Shown here in pieces: positions 25,030 through 37,670 of a DNA stretch of 64,000 nucleotides. Source of the DNA: Eledone cirrhosa (taxonomy: Eukaryota); the NCBI GenBank assembly GCA_964016885.1, contig OZ024740.1, forward strand, positions 73,470,001 to 73,534,000, written 5' to 3'. Below the pieces are notes generated by a model. The model was not told where the DNA came from. It saw nothing but the letters and a program-made list of their open reading frames with translations, and ran no database searches. Position numbers and translations under genes: made by a program. Every line of letters starts with the position of its first letter. Positions within the stretch are counted from its first letter, which is position 1.

Positions 25030-26325
25030 TACCAATGGGTAGAACCGGTGGTTCGGAGGTTAATAAACGACATTACAATAAATGAATTAAAGCACACAAC
25101 GTTATGCAAATCATCCATCATAGATGTGGTATCCAGTGGTTGGTGCAGGAACAGAGTAAAGTATTCATTAAAACAACAACAGAAGGCTGGACAGGAAAAT
25201 TTACTTTAGAAAGCACTAAACATATTTCGATGGCCCAACTCTATCATCCGATTATGATGCAAGACTAGGCTATTTTATCAGGTGTTATTTGCAGAATTAT
25301 GTAACAGGATTATGTTGTACCCAAACATAGAATGGAAAATAGGAGATAGAGAAAAAATTAGAAAATAAAAAATTGGATTCGGAGACAGCCTGCAAATATG
25401 GTGTTATATTGATAGCAGGGGTCTGTCTTATTCCAAGCCCCTACTTATTCTAATACCCCACTTAATCCCACCCCCTATTATTTTGGACCCAAGAGTTTGT
25501 GTATATGAACATTCATGCAAACACACATGCTTGTACATGTGTACATGCACATATGTACATGTATGTATGCATATGTGTGTGTATAATTTTCATACACACG
25601 TGCATCCACACCGATCAGCGCATACTTATGTATGAGCCCAAATCCAAAAACATTACTATTATGTTCTCATTATTATTATTGCTTCGGTGGATTGGTAGTA
25701 TTGGTAGAGGGTCGGACGCCATGCTTTGCAGTATAGAGTTACGGCCCTTTATGATCTGAGTTCAAATCCCGTTGAGGTTAACTTTGCCTTTCATCCTTAA
25801 GGGGTCGATAAAATAAAGTACCAGTCACGCACTGGAGTCAATTTAATCGACTTTCCCCTCCCCCAAAATTGCTGGTCTTGTGCCTATGTAACAAACCATT
25901 ATTGCTTTTACTATTATTAATACCTTCCGTATTTTTATATTTAATCATTTTACTACTATTAATATCATTTTCCATATATGGAAACTGGAAATTATTTGGC
26001 TATTCTAAAAAGAATATTAGTTTCCTGATTTTTCCATAGCAAGAATATGATTTTTTCACAGCAAGAATTTGTTCTTCTCACTCCACATTATGATGTAATT
26101 CTCCTTGAATACATTTTGCTCATCTCAAGAGAACATCCTCACACACTACTGTTATGTCTTCCTGTTTTCTTAAGGCAATATTTGGTTGTAATTTTTTTGA
26201 AATATTTACTTCTACAGATTGATTTTTCTCAGTTTCAGATGATCTTGCCTAAGGGTGAAAGCAGAAATTCTTTGCTTAAACTTTTAATTTGTACTAATAG
26301 TAAATATTTGCTATCCGGGTTATAT
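25030..26325 (-). mobile_element. Possible highly degenerate Penelope-like remnant (GIY-YIG-like traces plus decayed HHR), interrupted by a SINE
   Basis: Broken minus-strand translation KFKQRISA...KENYII near 26050-26320. Downstream is cac-CTGATAA-stem II-GAAA-tatgtt-TA-gtg at 25214-25284. Confidence 0.35.
25685..25900 (+). mobile_element. tRNA-derived SINE
   Basis: Head, B box and core motif present. Confidence 0.8.
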
Positions 26326-26699
26326 ATCATCATCATTATCATCATCGATTAACGTCTAACTTCCACACTACCATGGGTTAGACGGGTCCCATTTAGAGGC
26401 AAGTTGGGTCGGATGACAGTGTCTCGCTCATATAGATGTGTTTCTGGCTGGATGCCCTTCCTAATGCCAACCAGTGTGTGCTGGGTGCTTTTTGCCATGT
26501 CTTTTACATGTCCACTTTACAGTGTGGGCTAGGTGCTTATATACTTATATATATATATACAATCCTTTTTGGTCTTTGTATTTATTATTAACTTTGCCTT
26601 TCATCCTTATGGGGTCGATAAAATAAAGTACCAGTAATGTACTGGGTAATTGCTGGCCGTGTGCCAAAAGTAGAAACAATTATAATATATATATATATA

Positions 26700-29440
26700 A
26701 GTGTCTGTTGTAAACACTAAATCCCTCCCCCGTGAAGAATGCACCTCCTAACATAGCCTAGTAGTTAGTGACCTCATAGTCAGGAATAGACGTACTCGAC
26801 GACAGAGGAGGCCCACCTTCAGGAGAAGAATATGGAAGTTGAAGGACCCCATAGCCAGTGACAAATTTAAAAGTTTATTACTTGATGCCTTTGACAATAA
26901 GGAAGAGCAATTAGAGACATGCGGTATAGAAGAACAATGGCAATTCTTGAAAGTGAACAGATGAAATCTGTGGCTGGAGCAGACCTATTGGCAGGAGGAG
27001 AGTAACTTGGTGGTGGAACAGTAAGGTAGAAGAGACAATCAAGGCCAAAAAGCAGGCTTGGAAAGTATGGCAGGATGGGGGAAGTAGAGAGCACTATCAA
27101 GTTGCCAGGAGAGAAGCTAGGAGACAAGTGTACCTTGCAAAAAGGGAAGCAAAGGAAAGAAAGTTCAAGCATGTTCTACAACATGAGGACCAAAAACGTG
27201 AGGTGTTCAGGATTGCTAGACAATGTGCCAAGAAAAACCGTGATATTGTCGGGGAGAAGTGTGTCCGTAATGATAACGGTGTACTTGCCCTCACTGATAC
27301 TGATAAGAAGATAGCCTGGAAGTGTCACTACGAAAGACTATTAAATGAGGAGAATAAATGGGAAAAAGATAGTCTGCCTCAAATCGATCCAATAGAAGGA
27401 CCAGCGGTGCAAGTTAAAGGTAGTATAATAAATAAGGCAATCAAAGATATGAAGACAGGCAAGGCAGCTGGGCCTTCGGAGATAGTTGCTGAGATGTTGA
27501 CGGCATCTGGAATGGTGGGACATACTATGGGCACCCGTATATTTAAGCAAGTAATACAGAATGGGGTCATACCAAAAGACTGGCGTAGCAGCATCATCAT
27601 TAACTGCTACAAGGGTAAAGGAGATGCTCTAGATAGAGGAAACTATAGAGGCATTAAGTTAATTGACCAGGTCATGAAGGTCACAGAAAGAGTTATAGCG
27701 CAACTAATCAGAGAGCGAATTGATCTAAATGAAATGCAGTTTGGGTTTGAGTCGGGTAAAAGTACCACAGACGCTCTTTTCCTTGTACGACAACTACAAG
27801 AGAAGTACCTAGCTAAAAGTAAACCCCTCTACTTAGCTTTTGTAGACCTGGAGAAAGCCTTTGACAGAGTCCCCCGCTCCATTATCTGGTGGGGTCTTGG
27901 AAAACTAGGTGTAGATGAATGGCTTGTGAGAGCTATACAAGCTATGTATAATGAAACAGTCAGTAAGGTTAGAATTAACAATGAATATTGTGAAGAATTT
28001 AGTGTAAAAGTTGGTGTTCACCAAGGCTCTGTCCTTATCGCCCTCCTATTTATTATTGCCCTTCAGGCTATAAGAGAGGAGTTCAAGACCATGGGAACTC
28101 CTATACACAGATGATCTAACGCTCATAGCTGAATCAATGGCTGAACTAGAGAAGAAATTCAAAACATGGCAGCATGGCCTAGAATCAAAAAGCCTTAAAG
28201 TTAACTTGTCTAAGACTAAAGTCCTAGTTTGTAGAAAGGAAAATAAGGCAGAGGTACCCTCAGGGAAATGGCCATGCTCAGTGTGTAGGAAAGGAGTAGG
28301 CAGAAATTCAATTTTATGTCCCAAATGCAAAGTAGGGGTACATAAAAGATGTAGTGGGATCACAGGTAAACTATCTAAGAATGTAGACTTTATATGTGGC
28401 CGATGCTCAGGTGCAATAAGTAGCAAATGTCCACAGGATACTAGCTCCTTCTATAGAAATAGTAGACACTTTCCGTTACCTGGGTGACGAAATCAGCAGT
28501 GGTGGAGAGTATTGTGAAAGTACAGTAGCCAGACTCAGAACGGGATGGAAAAAGTTCAGAGAGCTTATACCGCTGTTGGCCACAAAAGGTTTCTCTCTAA
28601 AAATGAAAGGCAGATTGTATGATGCCTGTATATGAACAGCAATGCTACATGGCAGTGAGACATGGGCATTACGTGCAGAGGACCTGCGGAGACTGGAAAG
28701 GAACAAAGCATGCATGCTCCGTTGGATGTGTAATAGTAATATACGTGAACGGCAAAGCATAAATGAATTAAGTGAGAAATTAGAAATAAGAGGGATCAGA
28801 TGCTGTTTACTTGAGAGAAGGCTACGTTGGTATGGAAAGACGACAGCTGTATAAAAAAGTGCAGGGTCATCAAAATTGATGGTAGTTACGGAGTAGGTAG
28901 ACACAGAAAAACCTGGGACGATCTGATAAATTCCGACCTTACACACTTTCACCTCTCTAAGACAATGTCACTGGACATCTTTGGCACTACGCAGTAATAC
29001 AGAAGACCCGCCTTGCTTATGTACAAAGCGAAACCTACAGTCAGTAGGCACCTCTTAACCAAATATACACCCCAATCCACTACCCCTACCTTACCCTATC
29101 CTCCCACCAACACCACCCTCTCTCTGTAACGTTGGTACCACAACATCCAGTCCAAATAAATGAGATAATGAGATCGAGATCGTGTAGGTGTCACGACAAA
29201 AAAAAAAAAAAAAAAAAAAAACAGTCCACACTTTAATGTGGCCGTGTAGGTAACACGGTAAAAAGTTCCCAATTCCACACTGTAAATGTGGTTGGTGTTA
29301 GAGGGCATCCTGCCATATAAAACTTGCCAGATAGTCCTATATGAGCGAGACACAGTCACCCGACCTACCTTGCCTCAAGTTGGACAACTCCCGTCTAACC
29401 CATACTAGCGTGGAAGATGGACATTAAACGAAGATGATGA
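26700..29440 (+). mobile_element. 5'-truncated RTE LINE (end of APE, RT, PHD), frameshifted
   Basis: ORFs 27128..28114, 28137..28487 and 28642..28854 carry RTE RT motifs and the same Cys/His finger; ends in a (GAT)n-like tail. Confidence 0.92.
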
Positions 29441-29692
29441 TAACGTCTATCTTCCATGCTAGCATGGGTTAGACAGGAGTTGTCCCAATTTGAGGCAAGG
29501 TTGGTCGGGTGACCGTGTCTCGCTCATATAGGACTATCTGGCAAGTTTTCTACGGCTGGATGCCCTTCCTAACACCAACCACATTTACAGTGTGGACTGA
29601 TCTATATATATATATAAGTATTGAAGTTTCCATTGAAAATTGAAAAAGTCATAGGAGTGAAGAGTGCTCTATGTAAGTACCAGAGCTAAATT

Positions 29693-29985
29693 TAATGTAT
29701 AATAAACAATACAATATAATTACCTCATTACCAGAGGTTTCCCGAATAAGACGAATACAAGAGACGTCCTCATTTGTTCATCGGACAAGGCAATTTAAAA
29801 CATAGTGAAGTATTTGAAAAATCTCCTCAAGAAAAAAGGCTTTTTTCTTGAGGAGATTTTTCAAATATTTCACTATGTTTTAAATTGCCTTGTCCGATGA
29901 ACAAATGAGGACGTCTCTTGTATTCGTCTTATTCGGGAAACCTCTGGTAATGAGGTAATTATATTGTATTGTTTATTATACATTA
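29693..29985. repeat. Near-perfect 293-bp palindrome with an HHR-like motif
   Basis: 146-bp arms centred on 29839 with one mismatch seen. Contains CCGATGA...GAAA-cctc(tggtaat)gagg-TA. Confidence 0.95.
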
Positions 29986-30050
29986 TATATATATATATAG
30001 AGAGAGAGATATTACAATATAAAAAGAGTAAAGATAAAGACACCACCTAC

Positions 30051-30091
30051 CTTCCAACATATAGATCTGTAACCTGATTCACAAGGGCAAC
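30051..30091 (-). CDS. TBC1D13: TBC1D13-like exon 3 (GCPCESGYRSICWK)
   Basis: ttcttag acceptor, GTAGGT donor, 41 nt, phase 1 to 0. First TBC motif (cf. GIPCEGGLRCLCWK). Confidence 0.92.
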
Positions 30092-30150
30092 CTAAGAAAA
30101 TGAAACAAAAAAGGGTATTAATTAATTATATATCTAAAAATATATTATTC

Positions 30151-30660
30151 TTGTTATACTTTGGGAGGGTCATGTTGCCAATAAGGGACACACGCACCAG
30201 TTGCTTTTACTTCAATTTATTATAATAAATTTATAAATTTAGGAATTTATAAATTTCCGGTTGGTTGGTTGGTTCCACAACCAGATGATTGTTCATATAT
30301 TGTCAAAGTTCTTTTGTCACACATTCTGTGACCTCTTCAGTGACTGGGGATTCCTTTCTTTGTTTTTGTGCCTCTCCTTGGTTCTGTCCTACGCCATCTT
30401 GTTTCTGGGTGTTTCTGTCACCCAGAAACAAGATGGCGTAGGACAGAACAAAGAAAGGAATCCCCAGTCACTGAAGAGGTCACAGAATGTGTGACAAAAG
30501 AACTTTGACAATATATGAACAATCATCTGGTTGTGGAACCAACCAACCAACCGGAAATTTATAAATTCCTAAATTTATAAATTTATTATAATAAATTGAA
30601 GTAAAAGCAACTGGTGCGTGTGTCCCTTATTGGCAACATGACCCTCCCAAAGTATAACAA
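30151..30660. repeat. 510-bp fold-back with a degenerate HHR
   Basis: Arms 30151-30411 and 30419-30660 look identical apart from a 19-nt indel. Contains gtca-CTGAAGA-g-gtcaca/tgtgac-AAAA-gaac-TT-tgac. Confidence 0.95.
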
Positions 30661-32174
30661 TATCGGTTTCAATACACGTTTTCAGATAAAGAATCTTGCT
30701 AAACAAATTCAGAAACGAAATATATTATTCTTATCATTGATTAAATTTCTATGATAAATTAATAATTAGAGTATAATTCATTTGTACTATTTATTTTATT
30801 TTTAAGATAAAACATACATAATTTAAACATGGTCTCTGACCCATATGGGAAGACACCAGATATGATTAAATACTGACTTGACCTGTAACAACCTGTCTAA
30901 CCCATGTCATGGATGTGGGGTATCTCAGATATGATTAAATAAAGTATCAGTCAAGTACTGGAGTTGATATTCACTCTCTCTCTTTCTCTAGAGAGAGAGG
31001 GAGTGGCAGTATTACAATCTAGAGAGGGATAGGTTCCAACAGGTTTACAATGCTGTGTCAGGAAGTCTCCCTTTAAACTTCATCAGAAGTTAAAGGTCGT
31101 TTACCCTTTTTTTTACATCTACATAGCTTTTTGAATGTTGAGAGAGAGAGAGGGGGGGGAGAGAGAGAGAGGGAGAAAGAGAGAGAAAGAGAGAGAGAGA
31201 GAGAAAGAGAGAAAGAGAGAGAGAGAGGGGGGGGGAGAGAGAGAGAGAGAGAGAAAGAGAGGGGGGGGGGTGATAGATGATAGAAAGAAGAATGATAGGG
31301 GAGAAAGAGAGAGATGTAATAGAAAATAAGAGAGATACATGTAAAAAGAAAAGCAACTGAAAATACAAGACAAGCTGCTAGTTTGTTTCAGTCTTTCCAG
31401 CTTCTGTTGATACTGGTACTCATTTCCTTTTAGCTGAATGGACTGGAGCAACATGAAATGAAGTGTCTTTCTAAGGACATGACATGATGCACCAAGCAAT
31501 CAAAGAATCAAACCCAGAACCTCATAATTATGATCCCAACACACTAACCACTAGGTCACACACATTCACATAATATATATATATATATATAGTAAGAATA
31601 AATATATATACCCATTTTTAGATATTGTAATATATAGTAAAAATAAATATATACCCATTTCTAGATATTATAGTATGTAGTAGAATATATACATATTGTA
31701 ATTTATAGTACAATATATACATACCTATATCTAAATATTGTAATATATAGTAGAATTTATACATACCTATATCTAAATATTGTAATATATAGTAAGAATA
31801 TAGCTATGCGTATCCAGTTTAGAATAGATACACTATATCCCTGTATGCTATAAGAAGCAGCTAAAAGGGTTAGTGTCAGAAAGAGCAGTAGGCTGTAAAA
31901 CTGTCTAAAAACTTCCTGTTTAATCCATGACAGCATGAAAAAGTTGACATAAAAATTATGATGATGGTCTAGAAAGATCTCTAGAAAATCAGGGAGTTAG
32001 TGAGAGATGTAGAAGATAGAGTAAAATGAAAGAAATTGCCATGGGTCAAAGCTAACTCCTGTTTTAACAAAGAGGTGGTCTTAAAACACTTATGTTATAT
32101 ATCTTATTCATACTATCTTTCATTTACAATATAACACTAAACAGATTTTGTGTATTTTATTCAAACAATTTTAT

Positions 32175-32580
32175 GTTAGAAATGTTGAAATCTAAACTGA
32201 TAATAGTGCTAGAAAATGAGGTAAAATACCTCCAGGGACAGAAAATAAGTGGCCAGCAGCCACTACAGAAAATCTAAATCTGTATCTCTTGAATTCGAGC
32301 CAAATGTGTTAACCTTTACACCATATGGCAGCTGACAACAGTTTGTGTACAAATTAGGGACTATATACAAATTGTACAATTTATCGAGGCAGATGATTTG
32401 AAATTTGAAAATGTTGAAATCCAAACACAGAAAGTGTAAAGGTTAAAGCACTTGGCCAAAATTCAAGAAACTCAGAGTTCAATTCTGTATCTGTAGTGGC
32501 TGCTAGCCACTTATTTTTTGTCCCTGAAGTATTTTACCTGATTTTGTAGTGAATCTCTGTTTGGATTTCAACATTTCTAA
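32175..32580. mobile_element. MITE-like element with long imperfect inverted repeats
   Basis: 32220-32321 is an imperfect reverse complement of 32434-32540; outer pair ttagaaatgttgaaatctaaac / gtttggatttcaacatttctaa. Confidence 0.6.
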
Positions 32581-32954
32581 TTTTAAATCATCCAAATGTC
32601 TCGATAAATCGTAAGATTTGTTTAATTTTATAAGTAATACAATTTGATGTTTATTTTCTACTTAAACAACATTTTGTAGAAGTAGGATGAACTTATTGAT
32701 TCAACACCTTTATATTACTGGTACTAAAGTCATTGATATTGACTCCCAGGAGTCAAAGGAACTTAATTGTTTTCCACTGTTGTTTGAAAAACTAAAAACA
32801 TCTACATCGTATTACATGAAGGTTTATAACAGGGAACCCCAAAGTGGTCTATGTCAACCCACCTCTCCACTAGAGGGTGCTGAAACTACACAGGAGTAGA
32901 TGTGACTACCCAAGGGGCTGATGGGACAAGTCAGGTGGTTGGTGAGGATATTCT

Positions 32955-33250
32955 GGGGTTGATGAGACTACACAGGGGTTGGTGGAGCTACCCAGAGGGT
33001 TGGTGGAGCTACCCAGAGGGTTGGTGGAGCTACCCAGAGGGTTGGTGGAGCTACCCAGGGGTTGATGAGAGTATCCAGGGGATTGATGGGGCTATCCAGA
33101 GGTTGATGAGAGTACCCAGGGAGTTGATGGGGATGCCCAGGGAGTTAATGGGGATGCCCAGGGGTTGATGAGACAGCCCAAGGGGTTGGTGTGGCTACCC
33201 AGAGGTTGATGAGACAACCCAAGGGGGTTAGAGGAGCTACCCAGGGAGGT
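32955..33250. repeat. 21-bp GC-rich minisatellite (GGGTTGGTGGAGCTACCCAGA and variants)
   Basis: Several exact copies around 32977-33060 flanked by degenerate ones; produces the spurious WWSYPEG ORF. Confidence 0.9.
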
Positions 33251-34502
33251 TGACTGAACCTTTGGGACTAAAACCTGACATTTATATAAGAAGTGAAAAT
33301 ATATAAAACAATACAATAAAATACAACTTACTTATACAGTTTCTGATTTATAAATAATTAGTATTTATTGTTTATTTTATATTGTTTACTGATTTATTTT
33401 TGGACATGACTGGGGAGGGGGGGGGGGGGGGGGGCTCAATAAAGGGTCAAGAATACCATGAAGAGGTCAATGGTCTAAAACATTTGGAGATCTCTGCTCT
33501 AGCAGGTTTGAAACTTAGAGAGACAGAACTACAGATTGATTAATTTAGACTAGCGCAGTGGATACAACAAGGCTGGATGGTTATGAGGTTTGCTTAACAA
33601 TCATAACGTCCAGAGTTCAATCCGACTTTGTGACATCTTGAACAAGTGTCATTTACCTGTCAGATGGTTTGTGCCTGTAATTCAAAGAACCAGCCTTGTC
33701 ACATACTCTGTCATGCTGGATCTCCCTGGGAATTACATTATGGATACACATGTCTGTGGAATGCTCAGTCACTTACATGTTAATTTTCCAAGCAGGTTCT
33801 TTCATTGGTTGAACAACTGGAACCTTCATTATTGAAACCAACAGAGATCCATTCTATTCTGGTCATTGTTTAAGCCATCAGGTCAACCCTGGTCAAGTAG
33901 ATCTATATCTATTCCAGCCATCACCATTCTGTTTTTTAAATATCTATATCAATTATTACGCTGTCCATGCATCTTTTATTTTTATGTTAGTAGGTGATTT
34001 TGAGGGATATTTAGTTGCTATTTCTAACATGTTAAGCAGCCACATGGAGGCCCTTCTGTTCTCCTGGAGCTGATAAAACTACATAGCAGTCACACGGTGG
34101 AGGGATTGATTTAATGAGATATACTATTGTACTGTTATAAATGTATGATAACCTTGTCCTAAAGTTAAATATAATTATATTACATCTCTCTTGTTTTGAA
34201 AACTTGGATTATTATTATTATTGTTGTTGTTGTTTAAAAATATCTATTTCTGTGTAAAGAAATGTTAGGTTGGTGATTGATGGAGAACAATTTTAGATTT
34301 TGTTTTCCTATGTTTTTAATGTGTTTTGCTGATTTCATGTTGTTGTTTTGTTATGAATGTTGGCAATCCTCTTTACTTACTTCATCATACTTCAGTGTAG
34401 TTGTCACTTGTTATTAGAGATAATATATATGTTGACAATATAGGAGTGGCTATATTTACAGCTGTAACACAACAAATGCACTGTAAAATATTGTATAATA
34501 TA

Positions 34503-34888
34503 TGAGGGTGCTTCAAAAAGTTTGCTTTTTTTACATCTTCAACTGGCAATCATCTTCAACCTCATCTCTTCCACTTCTAAAACGACATCCATTTGTAGGT
34601 TGTTGATTGCTTTGCGGCATTGTCCCCATAAACTTGCTCCAGCACATCAATGATTTGGCTGCTCTTCCACTCTAGCTTCACCATGAATTTGATGTTTTAA
34701 TGGAAACCATGTTGCTCAAGCGGATGTTGACTTCCGACTGGCGCCACTGCGTTGCAACATGCATTTAAGGGTCCATGTTAGAAGATACGACATGTTAGTA
34801 CGAGAATATACAGGTACATTGAGATAAAAATCCCTGCCTATGACTTTTAACTATGTACTTTTTCCACAAACTTTTAGAAGTCCCCTCA
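34503..34888 (-). mobile_element. Internally deleted mariner element (irritans/Hsmar2-like)
   Basis: TA-flanked TIRs TGAGGGTGCTTCAAAAAGTTTG / CAAACTTTTAGAAGTCCCCTCA. Minus strand encodes NIKFMVKLEWKSSQIIDVLEQVYGDNAAKQSTTYKWM then, after a frameshift, RFRSGRDEVEDD (mariner N-terminal HTH). Confidence 0.85.
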
Positions 34889-36336
34889 TATATCAGGAGT
34901 CTCAAACACGCAGCCTGTGTGCCACCTGCGGCCTGCAAACTACTTTTCTATGGCCCCATTGCAGAACAATTTTTGTAACTAATATTTTCCTAAAACTTGG
35001 TAATTTGTCCTAGTTTTAATAATATTTATAGTACAATTTATTGTAATTTACCCATAAAATACAATAAAATGGAAAAAAGGAATTTATCAAAAGTAAAAAT
35101 GGAATTAAGGAAAATTTGAATTGAAAAATTGTCCCCCAACATTTTGTATTAATTCACATGTATTCATTTTGATGAAACAAAAAATATTGAATAGCAGCCT
35201 ATCACTTGTATTCAGATTAGCATGATAACTGATGGAAATCACGCCTGCTCCTCATCTCCCTTTTGACCTGCTGTGCCCCCACTCCGCAGAACATAATGGC
35301 TCTTTTAAGTTCTTGGGTTGGAAAACCTTTACCTACAATAAACAAGCATTTTATGGCCAGGTGGTGATGTTAAGCAGAGTGGGCTCTACCAGGGACAAGT
35401 GGGGTGTTAAACCGAAATGGCCTCTACCAAAGGTACCCAAGGACCAAGTGGTGATGTTAAAGCAAGCAACAGATTAATCTTAACAAGCAATCTATATAAA
35501 ATACTATTAATTGTATTTACTTTTGGTGCACTACTTCTTCCCTTAACCACTATTTATAGAGCGACAACTCCCTTCCACCTAAGCCTATCTGACACACGTC
35601 TTTCATCTACCCTTCCTCTGTGTCAATCCTAACTTGGGTGGGTTAGTGTCAAAAGAGATAATTAAACACATGACGATAATGATGATGATTAACTACATCA
35701 ATCTCATCAGTCAGAGTGAGGGCCTTGTAAGGACACAGATCTAACCCTCTGCTTCCGGTTAACTAATAGCATCAACATTATCCCAATTTTACTTCAACCA
35801 TCATTTTACAGACATCATAGTTACATGCCAAGTCAGTACTTAATTTGAGCTACTGTCCACCTGAAAAGCCTGGGGGACCACATCTTCCTTATATATGTTC
35901 CAGTTTTGCCAAGGTTTCCTGGGTTGGATACCCTTCCTTACTTCACTATTACAGATAGTATGAGGTACATGTTATTGAGGTATCAACACAAGAGATATTG
36001 TCACATCCTTGACATGATTGAAGAGCCCTGTCTACCTCTTCTAAGGCATGGTGTCTATAACTGGATGCTGTTCTTTACACCAACAACTTTACAGTGTGTA
36101 CTAGATGCATTTTATTGTAGTACTCTCATATTTTTGATGTAATTGAAAAGCACTCTACCCTCTTTGGCACAGTTTCTATGGCTAGATGAAATAATTGGAG
36201 TTGGTCACCTATATGGAGCCCCTAACTAGATGTTTTTTATGTGTTTTTTCAACATGTTTATATCTGAATTGCCAATTAATAATTTAATTACAGATGACAA
36301 ACCAATAAACAAGTGTTTGTCATTTTCATTTACAGA

Positions 36337-37670
36337 ATGTGTAATGTCACACTCTGTAATGTCACAGTACAATGTCACATTGTACATTGTCATACTGTGT
36401 AATATCACACTGTACAATGTCACACTGTGTAATGTCACATTGTGTAATGTCACATAGTACATTGTCAATGTACAATGTTACACTGTAATGTCACACTGTC
36501 TAATGTCACACTGTACAATGTTACTGTGTAATGTCACACTGTGTTATGTCACACTGTGTAACATCACACAGTGTAATATCACACAGTGTATGGTCACACT
36601 GGACAATGTCACACTGTAATGTCACACTGTGTAATGTCACACTGTGTAATGTCACACTGTGTAATGTCACACTGTGTAATGTCACACTGTAATGTCACAC
36701 TGTGTAATGTCACACTGTGTAGTGTCACACTGGACAATGTCACACTGGACAATGTCACACTGGAAAATGTCACACTGTATAATGTCACACTGTAATTTCA
36801 TACTGTAGAATGTCACACTGTACAATGTCACACTGTGTAATGTCACATTGTGTAATGTCACACTGTGTAATGTCACCCTGTACAATGTCAATGTGTAATG
36901 TCACACAGTACAATGTCACATTGTGTAATGTCACACAGTACAATGTCACATTGTGTAATGTCACACTGTACAACATCACAATGTACAATGTCACACAGTA
37001 CAATGTCACACTGTACAACGTCACACTAATGTCACACTGTGTAATGTCACACTGTGTAATGTCACACTGTGCAATGTCACGCTGTACAATGTCACACTGT
37101 ACAATGTCACACTGTGTAATGTCACACAGTACAATGTCACACTGTACAATGTCACACTGTACAATGTCACACAGTACAATGACACGCTGTGTAGTGTCAC
37201 ACTACAATGTCACGCTGTACAATGTTACACTGTAATGTGACAGTACAATGTCACACACTGTAATGTCACACTGTGTAATGTCACACAGTACAATGTCACA
37301 CAGTACAATGTCACACAGTACAATGTCACACAGTACAATGTCACACAGTACAATGTCACGCTGTACAATGTCACACAGTACAATGTCACGCTGTACAATG
37401 TTACACTGTAATGTCACACTGCGTAATGTCCCACTGTAATGTCACGCTGTACAATGTTACACTGTAATGTGACACAGTACAATGTCACACACTGTAATGT
37501 CACACTGTGTAATGTCACACTGTACAATGTCACACAGTACAATGTCACACAGTACAATGTCACACAGTACAATGTCACGCTGTACAATGTCACACAGTAC
37601 AATGTCACGCTGTACAATGTCACCTCTGTACAATGTCACACAGTACAATGTCGCACTGTGTAATGTCAGA
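36337..37670. repeat. 15-bp minisatellite array (AATGTCACACTGTGT / AATGTCACACAGTAC variants), about 1.3 kb
   Basis: Continuous degenerate 15-mer with some 13-bp units; source of the MSHCV/CNVTL repeat ORFs. Confidence 0.95.

Noticed and set aside
32902-33168. WWSYPEG-repeat protein
   Set aside because: Translation of a 21-bp minisatellite with no splice or homology support.
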